DNA of 32,944 nucleotides. Source: Octopus bimaculoides (taxonomy: Eukaryota). The DNA is taken from positions 6,679,679 to 6,712,622 of the forward strand of contig NC_069008.1 in the NCBI RefSeq assembly GCF_001194135.2, written 5' to 3'. Both the position numbers and the translations under genes were made by a program. The notes beneath the pieces were generated by a model that was not told the DNA's origin, made no database searches, and was given only the letters and a program-made list of their open reading frames with translations. Within the stretch, counting starts at the first letter, position 1, and each line of letters begins with the position of its first letter. Shown here one piece after another: positions 21,951-32,752 of the stretch.

Positions 21951-22414
21951 ATTAAATAAAACAGAAATAATTTGAAATTACAGCCTCAAATGTGTCTCCT
22001 CATGAAATATTGTTCTTCAGGAACTTTTGCAATTAATATAAATAATAACATTTATCATAAATATTTGGAGCTTTTGAATGGAACATGTTGAATATGTTGT
22101 AAATGCCCAGCTTTTACATCAACTTAACCTGCTGTTCCTTGAGAAGCTTTAGAAAGTATATGTAACCTTTTTAGAAACAAACTTTGGAAGCATCGAATAT
22201 GATTGGTATTTTACAGACAAGAAAGTAAATTTCAAAAGCAGTAAAGCTTATAAGATGGAATAAATTTGGCAGCAGGAGGTTATGGAAGTTGAACCTGTAC
22301 CACTCAGGTACTGGCTGGGTATTCTAGGATAATGTACCCATGTGCAAACATATATATATTTTGGTGAATTTCAATACAAACACATGTACAACATTTATGA
22401 AATTTTGAAAAGCA

Positions 22415-22420
22415 TTTATT
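22415..22420 (-). terminator. Putative polyadenylation signal of gene C
   Basis: AATAAA on the minus strand, in a block homologous to 14030-14320 and 28690-29000. Confidence 0.5.
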
Positions 22421-22944
22421 GAAGAGAATAACAAAATGTAGAATAACGAGTGAATCATTGACCAACAAAATATTGAACATATTAAAAATAATCAATCCTT
22501 TATAATATTTGGGGAGTGATAAAAATAATTTACTTTTGTCCTCATACACACATTAGCATCTTTAATCATGTATATATTTCAATAATGTCATTGTCATTAC
22601 TGACAACTTCAGTATGCTAGAAATCCTATAAACTCACAACAGTGAGTCCACCCGAAGACATGTGAGTAGATGTGACAGAAAGAAACTGAAGGAAGTTCAT
22701 TGTGTATGTGTGCCTGTTTCACTTGACATAGCATGGTAGTTGTGAGTGTCACCAGTATACAAGTAGTGTTCTTCATTTCTACTCTTCCATGAAAACATGA
22801 TGAATGATGGGGAAAAAGTGGCATCAGGCCATAGAAAATCTCTCGCACCCATTCTAGCATGGAAAGATGGACATATAAATGCTGATGTAGGTCTGATACC
22901 AGTATTTTTCTTATGATTCACAAAATCATGTCTCTGTCTAAAAC

Positions 22945-24285
22945 CTAACAGTGAACAGATCTTTTATGACACTTCAATTTACTTGAAGATACATAAGATT
23001 TCTCACAAATTTCACACTGGAATGGTTTCTCTCCTGTGTGATAACGTTTGTGCTCAATTAAATGAGAATTCTGGATGAAAGATTTTCCACATATTTCACA
23101 ATGGAATGGTTTCTCTCCTGTGTGTGTTCTTACATGTCTGCTTAAAACTGCTTTAGAGGCAAAACATTTCCCACAAATTTCACAGTGGAAAGGTTTTTCC
23201 CCAGTGTGTATTCTTCTGTGTTTTGTTAATGTACCACTACAACCAAACTGTTTTTCACATATTTCACATTGGAATGGTTTCTCTCCAGTATGTATTCTTT
23301 TGTGTCTTTTTAGGACGTAAATAGTAACAAAATATTTCTCACATATTTCACATTGAAATGCTTTTTCTTCTGTGTGACATCGTTTGTGCTCAAATAGATG
23401 AGAATTCTGACCGAAAGATTTTCCACAAATTTCACAGTGGAAAAGTTTTACTCCAGTATGTATTCTTTCATGTCTCTTTAAGTCACCATTAGTTGGAAAA
23501 CATTTCCCACATATTTGACAAGGGAAAGGTTTTTCCCCTGTGTGTATTCTTTTATGCCTTGATAAGATGCTACAAGAACCAAAAGACTTCTCACATATTT
23601 TGCAATGGAAACGTTTTTCCCCAGTGTGTACACTTTTGTGTGTGGTTAATGCACTACTAGAACCAAATAATTTCCCACATATTTCACATCTAAATGGTTT
23701 TTCTCCAGTGTGAATTCTTATGTGTCTTCTTAGTGAGGTACTGGAAACAAATGATTTCTCACATATTTCACATTGGAATGGTTTTTCTCCCCTGTGTATT
23801 TTCATGTGTATCTTTAAATTTCCATTTGTGAAGTAAGATTTCTCACACATTTTGCACTGGAATGGTCTTTCTCCTGTGTGATAACGTTTGTGAACCACAA
23901 GATAAGCATTATCATGAAATGATTTCCCACATATTTCACAGTGAAAAGCTTTCTCACCAGTGTGTAGCCTGTGGTGTGTTTTTAAATCGTGTTTGTAAAC
24001 AAAAGATTTCCAACATATTTTACACTGGAATGGTTTCTCCCCAGTGTGACTACGTTTGTGAACTACAAGCTGAGATTTACGAAGAAATGATTTCCCACAT
24101 ATTTCACAACGGAACCGTTTTTCCTTCTTGTGTATTTCTTCGTGCGACAAGTCTTCATCCTCTGAAGAGAATGTCTTCTTACAAATCTCACGGCGATATT
24201 CAGGAACATTTTTGTCTTCAGTTTTCTCATCTCCATTCTTACAAACAATTACGTTACAAGTGTCCAAGTGATCAACGTTCTCCAT
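22945..24285 (-). CDS. Tandem C2H2 zinc-finger protein (gene C): 14 fingers (last HX4H) plus a degenerate N-terminal finger
   Basis: Uninterrupted 446-aa ORF with TGEKPF linkers. A 118-nt 5'UTR intron is predicted at 24304-24421, with AG 18 nt before the ATG. Confidence 0.95.
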   Translation of the reverse strand: MENVDHLDTCNVIVCKNGDEKTEDKNVPEYRREICKKTFSSEDEDLSHEEIHKKEKRFRCEICGKSFLRKSQLVVHKRSHTGEKPFQCKICWKSFVYKHDLKTHHRLHTGEKAFHCEICGKSFHDNAYLVVHKRYHTGERPFQCKMCEKSYFTNGNLKIHMKIHRGEKPFQCEICEKSFVSSTSLRRHIRIHTGEKPFRCEICGKLFGSSSALTTHKSVHTGEKRFHCKICEKSFGSCSILSRHKRIHTGEKPFPCQICGKCFPTNGDLKRHERIHTGVKLFHCEICGKSFGQNSHLFEHKRCHTEEKAFQCEICEKYFVTIYVLKRHKRIHTGEKPFQCEICEKQFGCSGTLTKHRRIHTGEKPFHCEICGKCFASKAVLSRHVRTHTGEKPFHCEICGKSFIQNSHLIEHKRYHTGEKPFQCEICEKSYVSSSKLKCHKRSVHC

Positions 24286-24289
24286 ATTA

Positions 24290-25735
24290 ATTCTTCAGCA
24301 ATTCTTTAAAAAATGGAGAAATATCTGAGTTAACGTATTATGTTTCACTTTCTTGTCTTAAATATCACAGACCTCTGTTTACATGTGTGGAACAAGTGTA
24401 CCGAACATATTTTCTACTCACCAGTAGAATATTTGATATACAGTGCAGATGAAAAGTGTAGAACGTCGTTAATTGATCTGTTGTTGTTTAAAAGCCATTT
24501 CCTCTCCTGTAAAATAGGAAACAACCAATTAACTTTGTAAAGCTGAAATATTTAATCATAAAGGTGATGGAACACCGACCCGCAAACCTGTAGGTCGCCC
24601 TGTCTTATCCACAAACATTAACGTTCTTCTTAACATGAGATAATTATTACATATGATATAATTAGATCGGTTCAACTAATTAGAAACACGCACTGTAGGC
24701 ATCGTTATTGATATGTAACCGGTGACATATATTTAGAGTCGCCAACATAATACAACAGAAACGGCTTCAATTATATTAATTTTCGTCTTTAGTTGTATCC
24801 AACATCACTCAAAACAATAATTATGGTAAATCTGGTGAAGTATCAAAATTTACCATAACTATTACGTACAAGGGAGAAAGTCATTTGTTTATATATGACT
24901 CAATAAGCTGTCAAACATAAATTGATGGAAAGACGGGGCTCTATTTTTATTTCATTCTATTACATTTTTTGTGGATTATTTGTTTAAAATTAACAATAAG
25001 CCAAAACAGCGTATTGAGAAAAGTTGTATAATTAGGATTGCATTGTAGACTGTCGCCTTTCTTTTCTTAAGACACAACGGTGTGATTTGAAAGAGACTTG
25101 GCTGCTATTTCCAGAAGATCGAAAGACCTTACACAGACTCTCTCCTTTGTACATAATAGTTACTGTTAAGCCCTATTTTAAAGACTTAAATTAATATAAT
25201 TGAAGCTGTTTCTGTTGTATTATGTTGGCGACTCTAAATATATGTCACCGGTTATATGTCAACAACGATGGCCTACAGTGCGTGTTTCTAATTAGTTGAA
25301 CCGATCTAATTATATCATATGTAATAATTATCTCATGTTAAGAAGAACGTTAATATTTGAGGATAAGACAGGGCAACCCACAGGTTTGAGGGTTGGTGTT
25401 CCATCACCTTTATGATTAAATATTTCGTTTCATCATAGCTTTACATCGTTAATTGGTTGTTCCCTATTTTACTGGACAGGGTAAATAGCATTTAATCAAA
25501 AAGAAATCAATCAACGAACTTTCCTCAGCCTTCTCCACTTTACATTTGAACCATATATCAAACATTCTACTGGTGAGTAGAAAATATATCTACATTGCAT
25601 CTGTTCCACACATGTAAACAGAGATCTGTGATATTTAAGTCAAGAAACTGAACGATAATAGATTAACGCAGAAACATTTGTCAGCTTTTTAAGAATCGCG
25701 TAAGAATTAATATGAAGCACAGTGATCACTTGGAC
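24290..25735. repeat. Inverted duplication of the ZNF 5' cassette (arms ~24290-24785 and ~25190-25735)
   Basis: For example, 24630-24780 is nearly the exact reverse complement of 25192-25345; spacer ~400 bp. Confidence 0.85.
25085..25140 (+). repeat. Short dispersed repeat (ttggctgctatttctagcaggtcga-like); other copies near 5708, 11444, 16905(-), 30860(-)
   Basis: Recurring ~35-50 bp motif, probably a SINE fragment. Confidence 0.5.
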
Positions 25736-25836
25736 ATTTCTAACGCAATCATTTTTAAATGTACAGATACAGTTAAACAAACTAATCGAGAAAGCTGAAG
25801 AGAATGTTCCTGAATATCGCTGTGAGATTTGTTTCC
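25545..25836 (+). pseudogene. ZNF 5' stub 1 (donor, intron, ATG 25712, frameshifted leader, ends at EYRCEIC)
   Basis: MKHSDHLDISNAIIFKCTDTV is homologous to the ZNF leader; premature stop. Confidence 0.75.
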
Positions 25837-26075
25837 TTAGCCTTCTTCACTTTACATTTGAACTAAATATCAAACATTCTATTGGTGAGTAGGAAATGTA
25901 TCTACATTGCATCTGTTCCACACATGTAAACAGGACTGTGATAGCTAAGACAAGAAACTGAACCATAATAGATTAACGCAGAGACATATCTTAGTTAATA
26001 AAGAATTTTTAAAAAATTAATATGGAGAACGCCGATCACTTGAACACTTGTAACATACTCATTTTCTTGAAAGAT
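25837..26075 (+). pseudogene. ZNF 5' stub 2 (ATG 26022, truncated after ~17 codons)
   Basis: MENADHLNTCNILIFL, then an abrupt switch to the 26075 block. Confidence 0.7.
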
Positions 26076-26238
26076 ATGAGGGAAAAGAGTCGGGTCGTGT
26101 AAAAACGAAAAAAAACAAAAAAAACTTTGCTCTTTATAACGACAAAGATAATAACGTGTGTGTATAACAGTAATATGCTCTGTTGCTTTATATTACTGTA
26201 AGTATTATTTACTTTACGAAAGAAAGTTGACAGATTCC

Positions 26239-26805
26239 GGATCTTTTTTAAAACGGGGGCCACATTTTTCATTAACGAAACACTTTGAAACGTGGAACAC
26301 TGGTAGAATGTGTCATATAAAACATCTTTTTCTCTTAGTCTTCTTAAAAAAAAAACGAAATCCATAAATTATTCCATGTTAAAGTTGTCGTATTTCTGTA
26401 ATTTCAACCAATCACTGACGTCCATTCAGCCGATATACATTAAGTGCCGACTACATAAACAAACGATTCTGAAACAATTAACCCTAACCCTAACCCTAAC
26501 TCTAACCCTAAGCCTAACGTTAGGGTTAGGGTTAAAGCAAATTTAAAATGAAAAAAGCAAATAAAACGAAGAATCGTTTGTTTATGTAGTCGGCACTTAA
26601 TGTATATCGGCTGAATGGACGTTAGTGATTGGTTGAAATTATCGAAATAAGACAATTTTTTACATGAAATAAATTCGAATACAAAAATATTTTTCTGTTC
26701 TATAACACAAAATAGATAAGTATACGAAGTTTGAAAGTCTTTCGGTACCAAAAACACTACGTAAAACATTAATGAAAAATGTGCCCCCCGTTTTAAAAAA
26801 GATCC
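26239..26805. mobile_element. 567-bp non-autonomous foldback DNA transposon (37-bp TIRs starting GGATCT, 8-bp TSD CAGATTCC; possibly Merlin-like)
   Basis: TIRs match at 36/37; TSD at 26231-26238 and 26806-26813; empty site at 18151-18158; inner 72-bp arms match at 71/72. The superfamily assignment is inference only. Confidence 0.9.
26478..26535. repeat. (TAACCC)n followed by (TTAGGG)n telomere-type repeats inside the MITE loop
   Basis: ttaaccctaaccctaaccctaactctaaccctaagcctaacgttagggttagggttaa. Confidence 0.9.
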
Positions 26806-27389
26806 CAGATTCCAATTATATTGGAATTTGTTGTGAAAAACGTTTTCGGCAAGTCGAGAGACCAGTCTCAGAAAATTCAAACGATTCCGTTTTCATAATA
26901 GATTCGATATATGTGAAATTTACACCATTACAAGGATATCTGTAGAAAATTTTATTTAAAAATAGCCATTTTCCCTACAGTTGGAAAGAAATTCGATGGG
27001 GCACTTTTGTGTAGGTATGTCATGTGTGTAAAAAGTATAAGGTCAAAATACACAGCAAGCGAAGTGCTAGAAATAGGGGCCAACACACCATCAATTCACC
27101 AACCACCATTTCCTTTTCAGAAAATAGATGCACAGTTATCTGCAGAATGATCAAAGTAATTCATGTGACAGAAAAAAAAAAAAAACCTGAAATATTATCG
27201 ATTTTATTTAGTGTTTTCAGTGGTCAATGTACAATCAAAAAAACTTTGCTATTTATAAGGGTAGAGAAGAAATATTACTTATTTTACAGGACAAAACAAT
27301 GTCGATTCCTTACTTAATTTAAAATTGGCTAATTCAACTTATGTTGCATTACAATTTACTTTCATCCTTGTCTAATTGTTTTCATTGAC

Positions 27390-27785
27390 TTACCTCATAT
27401 GAATGAGAACAGTTGCATCAACGGTGCTAATCTCTAATTGTAGAGGCACCATGTGGAAGGGGTAGACCCAGGAAGACGTAGCGCAATGTGATCAGAAAGG
27501 ATTTAAAACTCTTGGTGGTTTGTTCTGCTTGAAAAGACACATCAAACGAAGGAAAAATGTGGTGGCCCTTGCAACCCTCTCCTGCTAAGCATCCCTCATC
27601 TTACATGTTCGTAGGTGCTACTGCCATGTAAAAAGTCCCCACTACAATCTGTAAATTGGTTGGTATTAGGAAGGGCATCCGGTCATACAAACCATGCCAA
27701 GACAGACAGGGAGCCTGGGCAGCTCCTTTCAAACCATCCAACCAATGTCAGCAGGCAAAATGGATGTGAACTGATGATGATGAGT
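27390..27785 (+). mobile_element. RTE LINE 3' end and tail
   Basis: atgaatgagaacagttgcatc...catgtggaaggggtagacccaggaagac (CGRGRPRKT remnant), ttaggaagggcatcc core, (gat)n tail. Confidence 0.75.
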
Positions 27786-28804
27786 TAAAAGAATAGAGAA
27801 TATGGAGACTGGTACATCCTCAAGTTTTATTTCCTTTTCTTTGACCATGTCATACAGCATATTTCTATGGTTACCATGACCAACACCTAGTACTGCTAAT
27901 ATAGACTCCAGAAAATATTACCATCCAGCAAAGCAAACACAGAACAACAGCATAATTGACAACTCCTTGTAGTTATAGATATTTAATACTAATCCGTGTG
28001 GTTAGNNNNNNNNNNNNNNNNNNNNNNNNNNNNNNNNNNNNNNNNNNNNNNNNNNNNNNNNNNNNNNNNNNNNNNNNNNNNNNNNNNNNNNNNNNNNNNN
28101 NNNNNNNNNNNNNNNNNNNNNNNNNNNNNNNNNNNNNNNNNNNNNNNNNNNNNNNNNNNNNNNNNNNNNNNNNNNNNNNNNNNNNNNNNNNNNNNNNNNN
28201 NNNNNNNNNNNNNNNNNNNNNNNNNNNNNNNNNNNNNNNNNNNNNNNNNNNNNNNNNNNNNNNNNNNNNNNNNNNNNNNNNNNNNNNNNNNNNNNNNNNN
28301 NNNNNNNNNNNNNNNNNNNNNNNNNNNNNNNNNNNNNNNNNNNNNNNNNNNNNNNNNNNNNNNNNNNNNNNNNNNNNNNNNNNNNNNNNNNNNNNNNNNN
28401 NNNNNNNNNNNNNNNNNNNNNNNNNNNNNNNNNNNNNNNNNNNNNNNNNNNNNNNNNNNNNNNNNNNNNNNNNNNNNNNNNNNNNNNNNNNNNNNNNNNN
28501 NNNNNNNNNNNNNNNNNNNNNNNNNNNNNNNNNNNNNNNNNNNNNNNNNNNNNNNNNNNNNNNNNNNNNNNNNNNNNNNNNNNNNNNNNNNNNNNNNNNN
28601 NNNNNNNNNNNNNNNNNNNNNNNNNNNNNNNNNNNNNNNNNNNNNNNNNNNNNNNNNNNNNNNNNNNNNNNNNNNNNGTTGAACCTATACCAATCAGATG
28701 CTGGCTGGGTATTCTAAGATCATGTACCCACGTGCAAACATATGTATATTTTGGTGAATTTCAATACAAACACATGTACAACAATTATGAAATTTTGAAA
28801 ATCA

Positions 28805-28810
28805 TTTATT
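28805..28810 (-). terminator. Putative polyadenylation signal of gene D
   Basis: Orthologous to 14222-14227 and 22415-22420. Confidence 0.5.
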
Positions 28811-29289
28811 GTAGAAAATAACAAAATGTAGAATAACAAGTGAATCATTGACTACAAAATATGGAACATATTAAAAGTAATCAATCCTTTATAATATTTG
28901 GGGAGTGAAAAATATTATTTAGTTTTTGTTTTGTTATTTTGACATTTTCATTTAAATCCTCATACACAAATTAGCATCTATAATTATGTACATATTTCAA
29001 TAATGCCTCTATCTTTATTGATGGCTAGTTATTACACAAACCCACAACAGTAAGTCCACCCAAAGAAATGTAAGATGTGACAGAAAGAAACTGAAGGAAG
29101 CCCATCGCATATGTGTGTCTGTTTGACTTGATATAGCATGGTAGTTGTGTCACCAATATACAAGAAGTGGCCTCCATTAAAATAACAGCAACCAGGAGCA
29201 TCTGTTGTCCATTGGAAATATCTTTCTCCAGTGTGTTTTCCTGGTGCTACTATATCATTTAGAATCTGTTGTCCATGGTGGCATGCGGT

Positions 29290-29390
29290 GCACAGTTTGG
29301 ACTAGGATGGTAAGCTGGAAGCAGCACCACACCCCTGTCTGACTTGGCATGGTTTCTCTGGCTGGATGCCCTTCCTAACACCAACCACTC
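29290..29390 (-). mobile_element. RTE-tail/SINE copy in the gene D 3' region (ortholog of 13743-13883)
   Basis: ggcatggtttctctggctggatgcccttcctaacaccaaccac. Confidence 0.8.
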
Positions 29391-29626
29391 TGGGAGTGTA
29401 ATTAATTGGGAAGAGTGGCTTCTGACCACAGAGATTGATTCAACAAATCCTGTCTGATCCAGTCAAGTGTGAAAATGTGGAAATTAAAATATTGATGAAT
29501 GTCTCTCTTTTGTATTTTCCTCATCATGATTCATGAAATTGTGTCTCAGTCTGAAAAATAACAGTGAACAGATCTATCTCCGGATGGTATTTGTGGATTA
29601 CAAGAAAGGAAGAGAAATTTCTAACA

Positions 29627-29757
29627 TGGCATTAGGAAGGGCATGCAGCCATAGAAACAAGGTCAAAACAGACAACTGGAGCAGCTCTCCGGCTTGCCAG
29701 CTCAAGTCAAACCGTCCAACCCATGCCAGCATGGAAAATATGATGTTGAATATTGAT
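29627..29757 (+). mobile_element. RTE-tail/SINE copy in the gene D 3' region (ortholog of 13345-13485)
   Basis: tggcattaggaagggcatgcagcc...ccaacccatgccagcatggaaaa. Confidence 0.8.
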
Positions 29758-29809
29758 CACAGTCATAAATTGTTCCCCAAAGAAAAGAAAGAAAAGGGTT
29801 TATCATATC

Positions 29810-30770
29810 TTACAGCTAAAAGGTTTCCCTCCAGAATGAATCCTTTTCTCATTCATTGATTCACTACAAGACTCAAAAGATTTTTCGCAGTGGGATGGTA
29901 TTTCCTCCTGTGTGACAACATTTGTGGTCAAGCAGACGACCACTCTGAGTAAAAAGTTTTCCAGTGGAAAGATCATTCTCCAGGATGTACTCTTTCCCAA
30001 GTTCTCAGGGTAATACTACAAAAGAATACCCACATATTTCACATTGGAATGGTTTCTCTCCAGTGACTTCGTTTATGAACTACAACCTCAAATTTATGGA
30101 AAAATGCTTTCCCACATATTTCACAATTACCGTTTTCTTCTAGAGTGTATTTTTTGTGGCGTGCATAACTAGATTGCTGAGGGAATACTTTCCCACATAT
30201 TTCACAGTGGAAGGGTTTTTCTCCTGTATGTATTCTTTTATGTCCCTTTAAAGCACTATTCTGGGTAAAACAATTACCACATATTTCACAGTGGAAGGGT
30301 TTTTCTCCTGTATGTATTCTTTTATGTCGCTTTAAAGCACTATTATGGGTAAAACAATTACCACATATTTCACAGTGGAAGGGTTTTTCTCCTGTATGTA
30401 TTCTTGTATGTCCCTTTAAATCACTATTATAGGTAAAACATTTCCCACATATTTCACAAGGGAAACGTTTTTCTGCAGCGTGTACAGCTTTGTGTCGTGT
30501 TAATGTACTACAAGAACCAAATGATTCCCCACATATTTCACAATGGAAACGTTTTTCCCCGGTGTGTACAGTTTTGTGTCTTGCTAATGTACTACTAAAA
30601 ACAAATGGTTTTCCACATATTTCACAGTGGAAGGGATTTTCTCCTGTATGTATGCCTTTATGTGCCTTTAAATGACTATTAGTGGAAAAACCTTTCCCAC
30701 ATATTTCACAATTGAAACGTTTTTCCACGGTGTGTACAGTTTTGTGTGCTGTTAATTTACCACTACAACT
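29810..30770 (-). pseudogene. ZNF gene D: 5'-truncated finger array (7 intact, 1 degenerate and 1 partial finger) with a frameshifted, decayed tail
   Basis: The ORF 30039-30893 is ZNF-like only from ~30770 downward. A 2-nt deletion in the last HTGEKP linker gives HWRETIPM*, and degenerate fingers continue to ~29810. No leader or ATG homolog is present. Confidence 0.8.
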
Positions 30771-31988
30771 ATAAGCAGAAACGATGTGGGCTTGAAAAAA
30801 CAAATAAATATTTAAATGATTTTTATACATGCGAAAGTTAGAAATAAAGAGGAGGGTGGTCTTGTGATGTGCTAGAAATAACAGCCAAATCATCCTTAAA
30901 TCAAAGTTCTACCGCTGAAAATATTTGAAATTTTTGTTTTAGTACCGAAACGACTCCTTCCATAGTTTTTAGGTGCCAAAAAAGAAAAGAAAAAAAGAGA
31001 AAGAAATTGCGAAAAACCGTCGTGAGGGGCATGGTGGGGATGGTGAAAAAAATAAACTTATATGGTCTTTATTTGAAACTCCGTATTTTCTAAACTCCTG
31101 TCCCCGCCTATTCGGAGAACATTTCATCCACATATTTTTTTACAACCGTAATGCATGCAGTCTGAATGATAATTCTATAAACTTTCATTTAAAAAAAATT
31201 CTTGAACGTTATCAGGGAAAAAATGGGGTGGTGTGAATTTTGTGAAACTGCTCTCCGAGCCCCCTAAGAATAATTCTTTCCCATAAATCCTCATATACTC
31301 TGAATGTACAGCATCTAAGGCAGATTTGTTGAAAATTTCGTGAAAATGTATCGATTTTTCTGGAAGTTATGCGGCGACGGAGGACACAACTGTGGTGAAA
31401 CGAGAAAACCTTCTGTCGATCCCATTGAAGCAGAATCGTCTGAATTTTCCGAAACTTCACTCTCCACTTGCGGAAAATGTCATTCACAACCAATTCCGAT
31501 ACAATCGGAATAAATCAACAGTCTTGTGTCCATTAAAATAACTAAGTCCTATTTAAGTAATACTTGTCATAATATGTAGTAATAAAGCTTATTACAGTTT
31601 CTCTCTCTCTCTGTCACACACACGTTAATATCTCTGTCCTTAAAAAAGCAAAGCTTGCTTGTAGGTTGCCCCACTGAAAACAGTAAATGAAATTCATAAT
31701 AGTTCAGATCTTCCGCATCATTTCAATTAATTCCGATAAGTTTATTTATTTTCCGAGAAACTAATGAGGATGGACGAGTCGGTGGTGTAGTCTCATATTT
31801 CTAGCAGTTCGCGTATTGTGTATTTGATACTATGCTTTTTATACACTCAGGGCATACCTACAAAACAGCGCCCCACCGAATGTGTTTGTTCGTAACTTTA
31901 TGGAAAATGGGTATTTTTAAATAAAACTTTCTACAAATATGCTTCTGNNNNNNNNNNNNNNNNNNNNNNNNNNNNNNNNNNNNNNNNT

Positions 31989-32752
31989 CTAATTATAATG
32001 ATTCGTAGTAATTATCTCGTGTGAAGGTAAATGTTAATGGATAAGACAGGGCAACATACATGTTTAAGGGTCAGTGTTCCATGACCTTCAGGATTAAATA
32101 TTTCGTTTGATCACAACCTCACATCGCTAAATGTTTGTTCCGGATTTTACAGGACGAGAAATGGCTTTTAATCGACCACAAATCAATCAATGAAATTTTC
32201 TCATACTTCTTCGCTTTTCTTTTGAACTAGTAGGAAAATGTGATTCAGCACTTGCAGGGTGCTTCACAATTCCATACATAGTTCATGGAAGGAAAAAGCG
32301 AGGACAAATAACAATAATTTATTTTGTCCGAATAAACATTCCATCTCTGGACATCGGTAGCCAGGACACCTTGCTGTAAAAGCAGCAGGGTTGCTAGTTA
32401 GACATAAAAATACGAAGGCATTTTCAGGCTACGACGTCGTTCGCCATCAGAATTGGCATTCTGCTTGGTCAACTGGCCGGGTTGAAGAGAAGGGAATTGC
32501 AGTGAAGCTGGCTGCTGCTGATGATTTCGCATGCGCATAAGTGTTTTCCATTAGATCTTCAGAAAGCTCTAATCCTATGCGTGGATTATGTTCCAAATTG
32601 GCGTCAGTACAAAGTTCACATCAAACATTCTACTGTTAAGCAGAAAATATAACTTCATTACATTTGCTCCATACATATAAACAGAGGTCTTTGATATCAA
32701 AGACAAGGAACTGACAATTTACCCACTTTTTAAGAATTCCTCAAGAATTTCT
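31989..32752 (+). promoter_or_regulatory. 5' cassette of ZNF gene E (99-nt intron equivalent 32636-32734; donor G changed to T)
   Basis: Homologous to 11666-12018 plus a ~390-bp extra segment; CTGAC at 32711 and AG at 32733-32734. Confidence 0.7.

Noticed and set aside
12019-24285. Assigning vertebrate ZNF gene symbols, KRAB or PRDM9 identity
   Set aside because: No KRAB, SET or SCAN domain is visible; similarity is limited to generic C2H2 linkers.
26478-26535. Possible chromosome end-to-end fusion scar
   Set aside because: Repeat orientation is opposite to a fusion, the tract is short, and it is enclosed in a TSD-flanked MITE.
27956-28717. Long ORFs spanning N runs (also 1175-1469, 14610-15018, 16004-16402)
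   Set aside because: They are open only because Ns contain no stop codons.
30780-31947. Probable non-autonomous repeat(s) sharing motifs with 17780-17930 and 18360-18410
   Set aside because: Similarity is patchy and no termini or TSD could be defined, so it is not called as a feature.
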